A stretch of 64,000 nucleotides of DNA from Chrysemys picta bellii. Lineage: Eukaryota. The translations under genes were made by a program, and so were the position numbers. Shown in pieces: positions 24,586 through 38,071 of this stretch. The number at the start of each line of letters is the position of its first letter. Positions within the stretch are counted from its first letter, which is position 1. Below the pieces are notes generated by a model. The model was not told the DNA's origin. It worked only from the letters and a program-made list of their open reading frames with translations, and made no database searches. The stretch covers positions 201,066,001-201,130,000 of the forward strand of contig NC_088793.1 of the NCBI RefSeq assembly GCF_011386835.1, given 5' to 3'.

Positions 24586-25451
24586 CTGTGGAGTCCCATC
24601 CTCCCCTTGTGGGGAGAATCACTGGTAGATCTGCATAATTCATACACCTACCTGCCATGCCCTCAAAACCCTGGCGTGACAGCATAACATGCTTGTAAAA
24701 TGTGTATGTCACCACCCCTTCCAGTAGCTAATCTGCATAGAAGGTAACAACCTAATACTGCTAATAGATAGTGAAGTTACTCCTTTAGGTCAAATGTTCA
24801 AAGCCTGTGCTATGGTACTGAGGGTAGAGGGATTCAAATCCTGCAGGCGACCTGTGGTTTGGTGTCAATACAGTGCATCAGTCTTCATGAAGGATAGCTC
24901 TATGCTGCACCTTGGATGCATGTTCCCTATAGCTTGCACCTGCTCCAAGACAGTAGAACTGTATTGGTTTCGGTGCCCTCAGTTCCCATGGCGCACGATC
25001 CCATGGGTGTAGCATGATCTTCCACAAAGATTGGAAAATGCATTTAATATTTTCAAATTCTTATCACCTCCCCATGCAGTTTCTACAGGTTTTAGTTTCT
25101 ACACACAAGGACAATCCATGACAGCTACCTCTCAGTGTCTGCAGTCTTAAGCAGTAAGTGTTCTACATATTCTCAATCTATTGGATTAATTTTGAACGTG
25201 AGGAAAAGTAGAATGTCCCAGTTCAGGAACAGACACAAGATGCTGATTTTTTTTTTCCCCTCAAGCTGCTAAATCAACATTATGGCATGTTATTGGGAAC
25301 ACGGTGCTAATTGATTGTTGGTCCAGTGCTACTCACAGAACTGCTAGCAAAGCATTGTCCAATGTTCTGATCCAATCCTAGAAGTACAAGGTATTTCTTT
25401 TTGGAATCTTATTACAAGAGTGGCCCTTCTGACCCCTAACACTGCATTATC

Positions 25452-25709
25452 ATTTATTATTTATATTGCAGTAGCACCTGGCAGCCCCAACTGAGATCAG
25501 GGCCCCATTGTGCTAAGGACTGTACATGCACACAGAAAGAGTCAGCCCTTGTTATAATCAAAATAGAATGGACAGACCAAGCCTGGGAGGGGAATTGGAA
25601 GCACTGAGAGGTGTAGTGACTTGCCCAAGACCACCCAGCAGGTCAGTGGCAGAGATAGGAACAAAACCTAGGTGTCCTGGGTCCCAGGCCAATGCTTTAT
25701 CCACTAGGA
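25452..25709 (-). mobile_element. CORE-SINE with L2 tail, interrupted near its 5' end by the hAT element at 25710
   Basis: GCCCCATTGTGCTAAGGACTGTAC (L2 tail) plus GTGACTTGCCCAAGACC...GTGGCAGAG (CORE). Confidence 0.75.
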
Positions 25710-26036
25710 CAGTGGTTTTCAACCAGGGCTCTGGGGCCCCCTGGAGGCCACAAGCAGGTTTCAGGGGAGCTGCCAAGTAGGGTCAGCATTGGACTCGCTG
25801 GGGCCCAGGGCAGAAAGCCGAAGCCCCACCACCCGGGGCTGAAGCTGAAGACTGAGCAATGTAGCTTTGCGAGGGACCCTGTGGCATGAGGCCCCAGGCA
25901 ATTGCCCTGTTTGTTGCCCCCTAACGCCGGCCCTGGCTTTTATATGCAGAAAACCACTTATGGTGGCACAGCTGGGCCGTGGAGTTTTTATAGCATGTTG
26001 GGGCGGCCTCAGAAAGAAAAAGGTTGAGAATCCCTG
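25710..26036. mobile_element. hAT-Charlie-like non-autonomous element
   Basis: CAGTGGTTTTCAACC...GGTTGAGAATCCCTG TIRs. Perfect TSD CACTAGGA at 25702-25709 and 26037-26044. Confidence 0.9.
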
Positions 26037-26669
26037 CACTAGGACACCCTGCATCTCCGAGTAAAACTATTATAAATCATTGTAGTGGGGCCTTTACCTT
26101 AGATTATTATACTACTTTTATAAGGTTGATTAGGAAGGAAAGCATGTAGTTAAAATAGAGCATGGGGTGAAATACCAACTGAGGGTCTCTGAACACCCAC
26201 AGTGTTTGAAAACATCCAAACCTTTCTAGATACGGTGCCCAGTAATATCCAAGGTAGAGATTACATCTCATGAAAGACGTGTAACTAGATACACCACGAA
26301 GTGCAATCTTACATTTCTTGAGGGCAATATATTTTTTGGACTTCATTATTGATTAACACACTGCTGGCAACTAAATGTATGTAGACCCAGGTTCTGGCGA
26401 GCCAATGCAGGGAGTGAATTCCATAGTCCTGGACTAAGAATCCCTTGCAGCAAGCCCCCTTCTGCATAACCCCGGGGATTGGCTCTCTGCTTAACTACCA
26501 GATGATCCTATTTGCCCTGGCATCCCATGAGGAAAGAGGTGGTGTCTCACTTAGCCAAGGCCCAAAACATTTACTGGTTTATAGGTGAAAATTAACACCT
26601 TGTATCACACCCAGAATGGACTGGAGGCTAGTTCAGAGCACAGACATAATGTGCTGCCCCTGGGGACCA

Positions 26670-26773
26670 TAGAGGGACCAGACAGCAAGTGTGAAAAATC
26701 GGGACAACGGGTGGGGGGTAATAGGAGCCTATATAAGAAAAAGACTCAAAAATTGGGACATATGGTCACCCTA
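26670..26773. mobile_element. hAT-Blackjack-like MITE (TAGGGTGACC terminus)
   Basis: TAGAGGGACCAG...TGGTCACCCTA. TSD GGGGACCA/GGGGAGCA (7/8). Confidence 0.8.
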
Positions 26774-28885
26774 GGGGAGCACTACTTGTACTGTTCTGCA
26801 CTAGCTGCAGTTCCTGAATAGTTTGAAAGTTTAACCCCCCTGCATGGAGCATTGATTTGCTCAAACTTGGAGGTGATGAAGGACTGGATGACTGTGGTGG
26901 GGTCTGCATCCCACGTAAAAGGATCAGCTTTGGCTAATCGCGAGTTATAAAAAAAGTGTCTAGATATTTTTCTTGCCAATATCTTTGAAACCAGAAATGC
27001 AGATGCACCCAAGATTCAAATCCCCAAGAAAGCTTTCATTTAGGGTGGAAAAAGAAAGCTCTTAAGCTAATAGTCTATGGAACCAGTCATCTCCTTTGGT
27101 GCAGGGACCTTCCCTGCTATGTGTATACTTAGGACTGTGTGTGAATAATAGCACGTTATAGCTGATTTTGAAATACCCACAGATTACTGAGGAGCTGAGC
27201 TGTGAATGAAATACCTATGGATTTCCCATAAATCCTCAGCACATGGTGCCGGAGCCCTGTTCAGATTGGCTAGTGACTGTTTTATAGTGGTCCCAGAAGC
27301 AGAGACTCCAGATGGTGGTGCTTGGTGGAAATGTTGTTTCCTGTTAAGAAATTGCCATCAATGTGATGTCATTCCCAAACAGCCTCGCTTCGTTAGGTGG
27401 AAGCTCCGGGAAGAAAGTAAAACAAGATTGTGAGGGTGGGTCTGCCATGTCTGAGATATGCTGGAGATATAAAGGGCCATTGCTCCCCTGGTCTTTTAGA
27501 AGTACCTGCAGCAAGTTGCTACATTCACTCCCCCCCAAAATTCACCTTCTGAAAGTGAGCGAATCGTGTTAAAAGAACAAGTGCCTACGGTAAGTGTTGA
27601 CTGTAACAGGTACTGTAATTATGAATGGCATGAATGGACAATCATTCCTGGTGCAGCAAATCAATTCTGTCACATGGAATCCAGCGTTTTCAGAGGAAAT
27701 CGGCTTTCACTGCAGGCTGCCAAGGCCAAATGAGCTTCATAAAGCACCTGCAGATCGGAGCGTCAAGCAATTATTCCACTGTCTTGCCTAAAAACAAAAA
27801 GGGCCCTGCCCTTTGGTAGCCTTTGGCCTTTTCCAGCGAACATAAACTAATTATATTTGCGGCGGAGGAGAAAAAAAAACTTTCTGTGGTTCTCCCTGGG
27901 AGTTGTCACTCGGGCTTTGTGCAGCGTTGTCGGATTTGCAGCATGTAATTCAAAATACGACGCCCCCTTCATCAGCTCATAGCTCCAGGAAGCTGGGTTG
28001 CTTAAGTGCTTAAAGAGATACAACCGGGGGCTCCGCTTTATCTCAAATAAAGTCTCATCTACTGGGGCGCTGAGAACAGGCTCTGCTGGTCATACTGCCC
28101 CTTTAGCAGTGGTACAAGAGCCCCATTGTTCAGCGTCACTTAGCAGCAATTACAGCCCGTCAAAACAGTTTTTGTTTTACGACAACGTGTTAATGGGCCC
28201 ACGGTTGGGTGTGAGAAGTAACCCAAGCCACATGCACTGAAGCAAGGTTAGAGGTTAATTGAGACTTTCTAACACAGCGCATGAGATTTTTGCAACCTTT
28301 TGCCGAGAGGGAAATCACCAACAAAAAGGAGATAATGTGATACAATTAGTCGGAAAGCAGGAGGGTCAAAATTCCCAGATGCGAAGGAAAACTGGCGAAG
28401 TGAATCAGGCCAGATGGGCCACCTGGACCATAACGAATGCCAAAAATAGCTACAATCGTTCATCTGGTGGATGAGGCTGTAGGTGGTAGGTCTGTCCTTT
28501 GCAGTGTTTTTTTTAAAAAGTAATACAAGGTCAGCACTATAAATGGCGGTTGCATGTTGTAATTTGTATTCCAGATCCATGATCATTACCGTGTCTCATT
28601 TTTTTCCTTCTTTTTTTTTTTTTTTTTAAGTCATCTAATTTTAAACCAGCAACGCAGCTTCAGACACGCTCGTGGTATTGGTCTGCTGTTCAACTTTCTG
28701 AACTTTCCGTCATTTATGTTCCTTTCCCCTGCATGAACCTCCAGAGCATTATTAACGAAAGTATTAACACTTGAAGACAGATTTCACTGTGGGGGGTTTC
28801 CCCTGCAAGCCAGCGGGAGGGTGTTCCAGTCTATACAAGGTAGCCACCTGCTCCATAGACTCATGCAACACAATCAAAGACTGTA

Positions 28886-28975
28886 CGGCCCCAGCTCGTC
28901 AGCCTGTGTAAATTGGCGTAGCCCCATTGACTTCAACAAAACGACACTGATTTGCACCGGCTGAAGATCTGGCCT
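28886..28975. repeat. ~90-bp palindromic dispersed element (GGCCAGAT...ATCTGGCC ends, CCATTGACTTCAATGG-type core); similar copies at ~3773-3860, 32557-32644, 38173-38250
   Basis: The copies share TGTAAAT...CATTGACTTCA...TTTACAC..GCTGA.GATCTGGCC. Probably a MITE; superfamily not determined. Confidence 0.55.
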
Positions 28976-30835
28976 TGTAGACACACTTCTTAATAACAAG
29001 CAGGCCAAAGCTCAATGCTAGTATAATGAGAATAAGGTATAAGCCCTGCCCCCTCCCCCCATCTCTTTGTGGCATTGCAGCTGCTGTTTTGTCCGTGCTT
29101 TGGCATGTTCCAAAGTTTACATTTTAGGCAATAGGTGAAAAATCTTTTGAGTTGCTTCCTGGAAATGACCTGCAAGATGACCAGACGTGCCAAGTCATTT
29201 TTCTTTTTGACTGATGCCCAGCTTGCTTAATTGTTTTTCTACAGCCAGTGTGTAGTTTCCTTTTAGTTCTTCGGAGCCTCACTCGCTTCCTGTACTGAGG
29301 CTGAATCATCAGGTGCAGGTGCCTTTAATTTTATCTGGATCCCATTCCAACGCTTTGGGACACCACGTGATATCAGAGTGACATCCTGGGTATTATGCCA
29401 TCCAGTTTTCTTACCCGGAGGTGCAGTTATATTGTCACGCTGCAGCCTGTACGTGCAGAGCTTTACAGACTTTGGCCACCGCTTTCGCCCTCCAGGAGGG
29501 TGAACCAGGCTGATGTCTAAACAGGATGCCTGAGTCAGGAGCCACTGGCAGCCCCACGGTACCTAGTACAAGGTCAGCTGAGCCCAGCTGGGCTTGATAA
29601 TGAGGACTGGCCTGATGGAGAAAGCATTGGCAGGGAGACAATGCCACTGCGCAGCTCTGGGAGAGCAAAGCAGCTCTGCACAGCACAATACCAGGGGAAA
29701 GCGATGAGCTAACGGGACAGCCGAATGCTGAAGCCGAGCACGACTTTGCTGACCGTACATGCCCCACGCCTCAATCAAGAAAGAAGCACAAAAGGGAAAG
29801 AAAGGGGTGAAGGCAAAAATTGACAGAACAGACAAGCAGACAGAAGAGCGAATGTCCGAGAACGAAAGAACGGAAACAAAAACATTTGTATTTAATTTCT
29901 TTCGGTTACATACGGTGCCAGCTTTACTTCCCAATTTTAAACAGGCTGGCTGACCACACAAAGACAAAGAAAAACCGTAAAGGTGGAAATAAAATAAAAA
30001 ACATAGGGTCAGATCCTTAACTGGTGTAAATGGGAGGTGGGTGATGCCCTGATTTTGAGAAGCCAGGCTCTTCTCTAGTAGAATCTTGGCGCGTACTCAA
30101 AGCCCCACTGGTGGTTATGAGTCATACACTGCACAGAGAGTCAGAGAAGTGAGGATTATACATAGAAAGCAGAAGACAATAATAAACTCAGGCTGGAGCA
30201 GCAGAGGCAGGCAAACCTTCTGGCCTGGTCATAAGTGCTGGAACTAGGGGTGCTGGCTTGAAGTGGTTTCCATTATATCCAGGGTTTAATGGCTCTCAGT
30301 ACCCGCATGATACAAATTGCTCCAGTACCCTGAGCCTGGTCTCTAACCAGGATCCTTCTCTCTTTGCAAATATATACATATGAAGCTCCACTGACTCTGA
30401 TCTACATGCTTACAGATGGATGGTGCAGTGCCCACATGTTACAAGTATATGTATGGTACGTAATCTAGTTTTCTGCACATAATCTATGCCTACACCACGG
30501 CTGTGGTCTGTGCCCGCTATGTTTTTTTCCCTGTGAATCCCAAACCAAGATAATGGTGATAATGACCGTGATCTCCTTTGTAAAGCGCTTTGGGATCAAC
30601 TGGAGAAAAACGCTGCACTGGAGTGAGGTGGCATTATTCGTGTTGTTTTGTTTTTAGAGACTTTGCCAACTTCTCATCCTTCTCTTACTTATATTGATTT
30701 TTTTTTTCTTATTCAGCAATACAAAGGTGCATGATTGATGTCCCATGAGGGGAATAGAATAAAAACCAGGCAGAGTCCAACACTAGTCCTGTCCAGCAAA
30801 GCATGCCTGCTGAGCTCTAAGTACATAGATGATAA

Positions 30836-31444
30836 TATGGGATAGGGCGCCCACCCCACACACGGGCTAGAGGGGTTAAAGTGGCTACGCGGGCCAATGA
30901 ACTGCCTAGGCTGCACCTGAGGAAGGAGACAGGGAGCAGGCCACTAATTCAAAATGGGCTCAGGAACAGGAGAGGCCTGTATAAAGCCCAGGAGCTGTGA
31001 GTAGCAAGGTGAGCTGCAAGTAAGTAGTCTACAGTCACTCCCTGGGAGGAGGGAGTTTGGGCTGGCAAACCCAGAAAAGGGGAGAAACCCAGGAAAACAG
31101 CAGCAATGGGTAGGACTGTACAGAGCTTGGCTGCTTGTTCTAGGGTCCCTGGGCTGGAGAGCCTAGGGTAGAGGGCAGGCCTGGGTTTCCCTACCAGCCG
31201 CTGGGAAGTGGTGCAGGGCATTGGAGATGCCAGCCAGCCAGCTGGTCCAGAAGCACTTTGATTTCCCCGGAAAGGGAAGACCTTAGTGACCCAGCCAGAG
31301 GGCCAAGCCACAAACAGGAAGCTGCAGCTTTGGGAGTGAGAGGGGCTGCCAGGTGAAAGAGGACGGGTAGAGATGCAGCCAGAAGGGGGCAGCGCCGGGC
31401 CAGAGCTAATCCCCACAGCTGCCAGGAGGAGGCGCCCCATGACG
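30836..31444 (+). mobile_element. Solo LTR, probably Gypsy-like
   Basis: ~610-bp GC-rich block with GAGGGGTTAAAG, a TATA-like TATAAAGCCC (~30980), AGGGTCCCTGGGCTGG...GGCCTGGGTTTCCCTA, and a degenerate ..GTGACA-like end (CCCCATGACG). This resembles turtle LTRs I recall. No clean TG...CA termini or TSD. Confidence 0.55.
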
Positions 31445-32312
31445 TTCCATTGAACTCAACAGGATGACTTGTTAAGCACAAGTGAAGCCTGTTCTGAAGG
31501 GCTTTACTGAATTGGGGCCTCAGAGTGCCAAACTCCAGCTGAAACCACACAGTAAAGCATCATGTAGACCAAACCTCATGTAAACAATGCAAAATATATC
31601 TAAGAAAACCAACCTCCCCCATTGCAAAAATACAGATAAACCATACAATGATCCAGCCTCCAACTTACAAGACTACACGTAAGTCTAATGGCTGAAGGAA
31701 CCCCTCTGTGGTTCAGAGTTTCATTTGGCTAAGCAAAGGCCCTCAGGAAGCACAAGGACTCTGCAGGGCTAGCATTATTGCCAGTGCTGGCCTCTAAGAG
31801 GGTGTGGGAAAGATGGGAAGGGAACTGACCAGGCACAGAGGGGAGTGGATGCTGAACCCACTCCAGTTGTAGTGCTGTGGTTATGCTCCTGAGAATTTTG
31901 CTTGCCCGAAAGCACTGTGCATTCTGGAGCTCCAGGTGGGGACACCATAGACCTGCGGCTTTATGCCACAATCCACCCTGGCTGTTTAATGGTCCCCTTT
32001 GGCTGTGCTCCGTCGAGTCACAATGCTCTTATCCAAGCCATTTTCTAAGACTTCATGAGCCCTCTTTGAAATGCTGCACTAAAACTAAGATTTTTTGTTC
32101 TGTGTTGGTCTAGCGTCTAGCACAATCAGGACTGGCCTTCCTTGCAGGTACGGAAATAATAATAATCAACTGTGTTCCTCTCATCCTAATTTTGCAGTTC
32201 CACCAAAATAAAAAAAAAGGTCCTGTTTGTCTGGCTCAATTTCTCTATTCTGAGCCTGAACTCTTATTGATCTTGGTGCTATTATCTCTAAAATCATTAC
32301 AGATTCCCTCCC

Positions 32313-32330
32313 CCACCACCACCACCACCA
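32313..32330. repeat. (CCA)6 microsatellite
   Basis: Read directly from the sequence. Confidence 0.85.
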
Positions 32331-34748
32331 CCCTTCAAGTTTGGAAACTCCGAATTATGGTGAGTCAACTATCTGGACTTCCGTGATACTTTAATCTTTA
32401 TTAAGTTAAAGATTTCTTAAGATGCAATATCACAATTAGACACTTATACACACACAAAATAATGGGTCTCATGCCCTACCAAGCCATCTTCACAGTCATG
32501 TAGATCCTGTCTATGTTGCCCATCAACCTGAGTTAAGTAAACATTTTGAAACTCAGGGGCCAGAGCCTCATCTGGTGTAAATCGACATAGGTGCATTGAT
32601 ATAAAAAGAGCTACGCTGAATTACACAATCTGAGGATCTGGCCTTCAGCTGAAACATGGCAGACTCTAAGCCAGTTTCTAACATGCTTTGGCTGGGTAGT
32701 GTGGATGGAGAAAAAAAAATTGTATATATAAAAAACCATAATCTTATAGTTTATCTTGGTTTCTAACCCAATGTGCCAGTGTGGGCTGGGTCGATCTAAA
32801 CTACAACACGTTTTTAAAATATGGTATAATCAAACCATGTTTAAACAGGTCCCTTTAACTCTATTATTGGCCCAGCGTAAATGGCTTCCTAGATTCATTT
32901 TAACAAGGGCGTACAAGCACGGGTAATAGCTGGGATTCCTTTAAGAGCCCAATCCAAAGCCTATTGCAATCAGGGTAGAGACTTTCACTGGTTTCAATGG
33001 GCTTTGAGTCAGGCCCTAGATATTTGATACCTATATAATTCTATCTGCAGTCAGCAGTTAAACATAGCTTGTAGTTACACTCTGTTCAAGTGTCAATGCG
33101 TGTTTGCTTTTTTCTTAGCAGAGCCACAGTCATGTCAAGACATTGTTTTTAATTGCTTACTCAAGTGTAGAAGTTGTAGCCAGCAAATGTCTAGATAAAA
33201 TGTATATTGATTTGGCGACAGAGAGGTCATTTGCCTTTTTGGAAGACCAAGACACAGTAAATATTTAGCTATGATAAGATCCCAAAGAGGGTTTTTTGGT
33301 GTGTAGAAATGCGGACTGATACCCAGAGCTCTATATTGTTACAAGCTAACTTTTATTGGGAGAATTGATGGAAATACTTCTTTCCCCCCCCCTTCCTAGA
33401 AATTACAGTTTAATTTGGCAGATTAGAAAGAACAAATCCCATCTCATTTAAAGCTAAAGTAATTTAAGTTGGAAAGCAATAGTGAATGAAAGGAAGAATG
33501 TGAGGGAAAAACTGCTCTTTACATCTAGGGGGTTAAAAATACAAACCGTACTGAAGATGCAGTAACTGCTCCTGATTTATTAACAATCAGAACCAGAAAG
33601 TGCTGAAAGGCCACATTGCTGGGCAGCCTTATAAAGCTAATGTCTGGAAATGTGTGGTGATAGCCCCTCTGTCACTGTTTGCTGCCCTTGGGCTCAGCTC
33701 ACTGGATGTTTTTACAGTGTTGCCAACTCTCATGATTTTGTCCTGAGTCCCATGATAATGATTGTTTTCCTTAAAGCCCCAGCTCCTGGAGTCACATGGG
33801 TATGGATGATTTCAGCCTCCGTTCTTAAAGAAAAAGTAAGTTTCTAGCCCGCGTGGCTGTGAAGAAAGCTTCTAAATGTGACCCCGGTGCACCCTAAAGG
33901 CTCAAAACGCAGAAGGCAAATAAAAAGAACAGCGCAGCTATTATTTGTACATAATCTCATGCTTTTAAAGACAATCTCATGACTTTTGGTGAGCTTGACT
34001 CATGATTTTTGAACATTTGGTGTTGGCAGCACTGCTAATACCATAATAGTGAGGCAGCTCCTAACAGATAGATGTTTGTCACTCTCCTATTAGAGTTAGT
34101 TTCACTTGTTCTTAGAGGCGTGAGCCAAACACCAACCAAAGTCTTTTCACTGACGTCCTATTGCTTTGGCCCCAGAAGCAGTTGGGAGCTTTGCAATGTA
34201 GTTTTGTTTGTACTTGTTTTCCCTGTACCTTAAAAGTGTTTTCATTTATTATAACTAGCATTAAGCTAATGGAAAGGACTGATGTTTTAAATCACATATC
34301 ATGTATTTACAGATGACTAGTACTTTAAAAATAAATACATATTTTGGAATGTGAATAGACCAGAGCCCAATCCATCTCCTATTGAAATCACTAGGAGTCT
34401 TCTACTGACTTCAGTGGGCTGTGAGTCAGACCCTTGATGCTTTACACTTTACACTTCAACTATAATTGAATAAGGAGATTATTTAGAACAGAGATGTGCC
34501 CTGGCCTAATTACAACATGATAAATTAATATGGATGGGACCTATCTGTACCCCCTGCCCCATATAAGTCTGAGCTTCAGTCTCTTCTCTGACCTTCCCTT
34601 CCCCCTTTAAGATATAGATGCTCAAATCACAGTCTGTGACCATTTGTAGCTTTGCAAAGCACTCTGGTGGTTCACAGAGAGCTGGTTGGTGAGGACTCTC
34701 ATTCTTGATGTCAGCTGCTAAACCGCTTTAAAATGCTAATAAATACTT

Positions 34749-35565
34749 TTAAGAACATAAGAACGGCCATAGTAGGTCAGACCAATGGTCCATCTAGCCC
34801 GTATCCTATCTTCTGACAATGGCCAGTGCCAGATGCTTCAGAGGGAATGAACAGAACAGGGCAATTATCCAAGTGATACATTCCCTGTCATCCAGTCCCA
34901 ACTTCTGGCAGTCAGAGGTTTAGAGACACCTAGAGGATGTGGTTGCAACCTTGACCATCTTGACTAATAGCTCTTGATGGACCTATCTTCTATGAACTTA
35001 TCTAATTCTTTTATGAACCAAGTTATACTTTTGGCCTTCACAACATCCCCTGGCAATGAGTTCCACAAGTTGACTGTGCATTGTGTGAAGAAGTACTTGC
35101 TTATGTTTATTTCAACCTGCTGCCTATTAATTTCATTGGGTAGCGCTGGTTCGTGTGTTATGTGAATAGTTATATAACATCTCCCTATTCACTTTCTCCA
35201 CACCATTCATGATTTTATAGATCTCTATCATATATTCCCCCTGAGTTGTCTCTTTTCTAAGATGAACAGGCTTTTAAATCCCTCCTCATATGGAAGCTTT
35301 TCCATAACCCTAATCATTGTTGTTGGCTTTTTCTATACTTTTTCCAGTTCTAAAATACCCTTTTTGAGATGGGGTGACCAGAATTGGACACAGTATTCAA
35401 GGTGTTGGCATACCATGGATTTATATAGTGGCATTAAGATACTTTCTGGTTTATTATCTATCCCTTTCCTAATAGTTCCTAACATTCTTTTTTGATTGGT
35501 GCTGCACATTGAACAGATGTTTTCAGAGAACTATCCATGATGACTCCAAGATCTCTTTCTTGAGC
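34749..35565 (-). mobile_element. CR1 LINE 3' portion (PsCR1-like)
   Basis: AAGAACATAAGAACGGCC is the reverse complement of the (TTCTTATG) tail. The minus strand encodes ERDLGVIMDSS...HLEYCVQFWSP...YEEGFKSL...RNSLPGDVVKAK. Confidence 0.9.
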
Positions 35566-36351
35566 TAGCATTACTTATGCATGTAATTACTGTAACTGCC
35601 ACGGGGATGTCATTCAATCATCAGTGCAAGGGAAGATGGTTTGTGTGCTTACCGATAAGAGGGGAAGTGTCAGTGTATTAAGATGCAGTCCTCACTATGA
35701 AAAACTTCAGGAACCCCTATCTGGTGAACCCGAGAGCCATCGGTAGTGCTAGACTGACCCAGTCCTTGAGTTAGGCGAGCACAAGGACTGCCATTATAAC
35801 TGGTCTCAGTGCGTGTGTGCAATACAGGGAACATTGTTTGTACCAAGACGCTCTCCACTTCTGCACTGATGCAGGGAGCAGTCACATTCTGGCCCTATTA
35901 CAGGGCAGCCCCACTTCAATTCCTTATCTCCAGGGTGCAAGGAAATGTAAGTCAGTGTAGTTTTTAATAGCGAAGCGGTGATTCAAGCCATATGACCCGA
36001 GTGCTGTTCTGTTTTGTTTGTCATTAGGAGAGGTTAAGAGCATTACTAAGGCAGTAACCCAGTTGTGATAACAAGGTTTGGGACTGGGAACAGAGCTATG
36101 AAATAGAAGTGCCGTTCAGCTGAGTTCTCCTCTGTGGCTATTAAATAATAACCGAGGATTTCCAGATTTAAATGTCCATTTTTTTAAAGTTTGGGAGAAG
36201 CGTGGTATGAAAAAAGTAGACTTCTTAGACAATGGAATGTGGTCATTGACTGTTGCTTCTAAGGGCCAGATTTCTGATCATTTTACTCACACTGCGTAGC
36301 ACCTCTCTCCATCAAAGTCCCCTTAACTTCAGTGGGTCTACTCATCTAGTG

Positions 36352-36555
36352 CAGTGGTTCTCAAACTAGGGCCACTGCTTGTTCAGGGAAAGCCCCTGGC
36401 GGGCCGGGCCGGTTTGTTTACCTGCTGCGTACTCCGGTTTGGCCGATCGCGGCTCCCACTGGCTGCGGTTTGCCGCTTCAGGCCAATGGGGGCTGCAGGA
36501 AGGGCAGCCAGCATGTCCCTCAGCCCACGCCACTTCCTGCAGCCCCAGACATTGG
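36352..36555. mobile_element. hAT-Charlie-like element, truncated (left end only)
   Basis: CAGTGGTTCTCAAACT terminus preceded by an ATCTAGTG target. No right TIR or second TSD found. Confidence 0.65.
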
Positions 36556-37063
36556 TACTGTTCTTTCCACAGGGTCCCTGCTTCCCTGAGGGAGAGATCC
36601 ACCCACAGCATGGAGCACCAGAACAAGCCCTGCATAGGGGCTGTGGGGAACTGCAGGTGAAATGGCAGCACAGGGATGCTTGTGCATTCCCTAATGTCTG
36701 AAATCACTGGTCCCTGCACTGCCTGCGTAGACAGGCCTGTAGGCAGGGCAGGGATCTGTCCTTTCGGGGATATAGGAGCCTTAATGAATGAGGCAGGCGC
36801 CCCAGGAAAATAAATAGTATATATTAATATGTGATGTCATTTAAAATTGTATTGTATTGCACAAGGGCAGAAGAGTTACGGCGACAGCTACAATCTTCCT
36901 AGCTTTGAGCCACTGATTCGGGAAAGCCCCTAAGCATGTGCATGATTTTGAGTATGTGCTTAAGTTTCGTTGACTTCAAAAACTTAAACTTGTGCTGAAT
37001 GCTATGCATGTGTTTAAGTGCTGTCCTGAATACGGACGCTTTCTTAAATCAGGGACTACGGGT

Positions 37064-37370
37064 CAGGGCCGGCTCTAACTTTTTTGCCGCCCCCAAGCAA
37101 AAAAAAAGAGCATCGCCCCGCCATAACACTCCTCCTCGAGCGCCGCGCCACCCCCCCTGAAACACACACCCCCCGAGCGCCGCCCCGCCCCCGAAACACC
37201 CCGCCACGCCGCCGAAACAAAACCAACAACAACAACAAAAACCCTCGCGCGCCGCCCCACCAATCCCCCCCCCCCCCCGGAGCGCCCCCCGCCACTCCAA
37301 GATTGGCCGCCCCTTACAAGGTGCCACGCCAAGCACGTGCTTGGTCGGCTGGTGTCTGGAGCCGGCCCTG
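37064..37370. mobile_element. hAT (Tip100-like) MITE with C-rich/CpG-rich interior
   Basis: TIRs CAGGGCCGGCTC...GAGCCGGCCCTG. Perfect TSD CTACGGGT at 37056-37063 and 37371-37378. Confidence 0.92.
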
Positions 37371-37906
37371 CTACGGGTTCAACTTTGCCAAGGACTGAGC
37401 ACTCTGACCCTTAAGCACTTAAGCAGGAACTTTCTCTGGAGCATGTGAGTCGTTCCAGGGGGACTAGGCCTGAGCTAAAAGTGAAGCTTTGCTGGATGGG
37501 GGCTAGAGAGATCACCACCTCGGAGGATCCAGCCCTGTGTACGCCACTTTGTAATTTCTCTTAACTCAGCCCTGTGAAAAATTCACCCCCCTGAGCGCTG
37601 TAGTTAAGCTGACCTAACCCCTGGTGTAGACACAGCAAGGTCAATGGAAGAATTCTTCTGCCGACTGAGCTACCGCCGCTCAGGGAGGTGGGTCACCTGC
37701 GTTGATGGAAAAACCTTTTCCGTGGCTCTAAGAAGCATCTACAGCACTACCGCAGCATAGCTGCTGCTGCACCACTGTAGCACCTCCATTTTTTTAGAGA
37801 GAGTTTTCATTAGGAATGACTCAGGTGTAACACTTTTAACGAAAAAATATCAAAAAGAGAGTGATTAAGCCATTAGCAATTAATAGGTATTTGGCTCCAA
37901 CCCTCA

Positions 37907-38071
37907 GGGCTCGTCTACGTGGCAAGGTACTGTGTGGCAAGCCAGGGAGTGAATCTGCAGTGCACCGGCATTCCTGGACATTCAGTGTGTAGATTCACAC
38001 TCTGTAACTTCACACAGCTGTAGATTCACACTCTGGCTTGCTACGCAAGAACTTACCATGTAGACACGCCC
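37907..38071. mobile_element. PIF/Harbinger-like MITE
   Basis: GGGCTCGTCTACGTGG...CCATGTAGACACGCCC TIRs with TCA/TTA flanks. An internal repeat GTAGATTCACACTCTG occurs twice. Confidence 0.7.

Noticed and set aside
28281-28340. ATGAGATTT start resembling small secreted peptides such as ELABELA (MRF...)
   Set aside because: It reads MRFLQPFAEREITNKKEIM* with no hydrophobic signal core and no conserved C-terminus.
29616-29810. Protein-like plus-strand frame ending RKKHKRERKG*
   Set aside because: There is a stop immediately upstream, no ATG and no pyrimidine-rich acceptor. The basic tail simply reflects purine-rich sequence.
32198-32365. 162-nt or 57-nt phase-0 exon ending ATG|GTGAGT
   Set aside because: It spans an A-run and a (CCA)n microsatellite, next to an L2-type tail. 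The composition is non-coding-like, and such donors are expected by chance.
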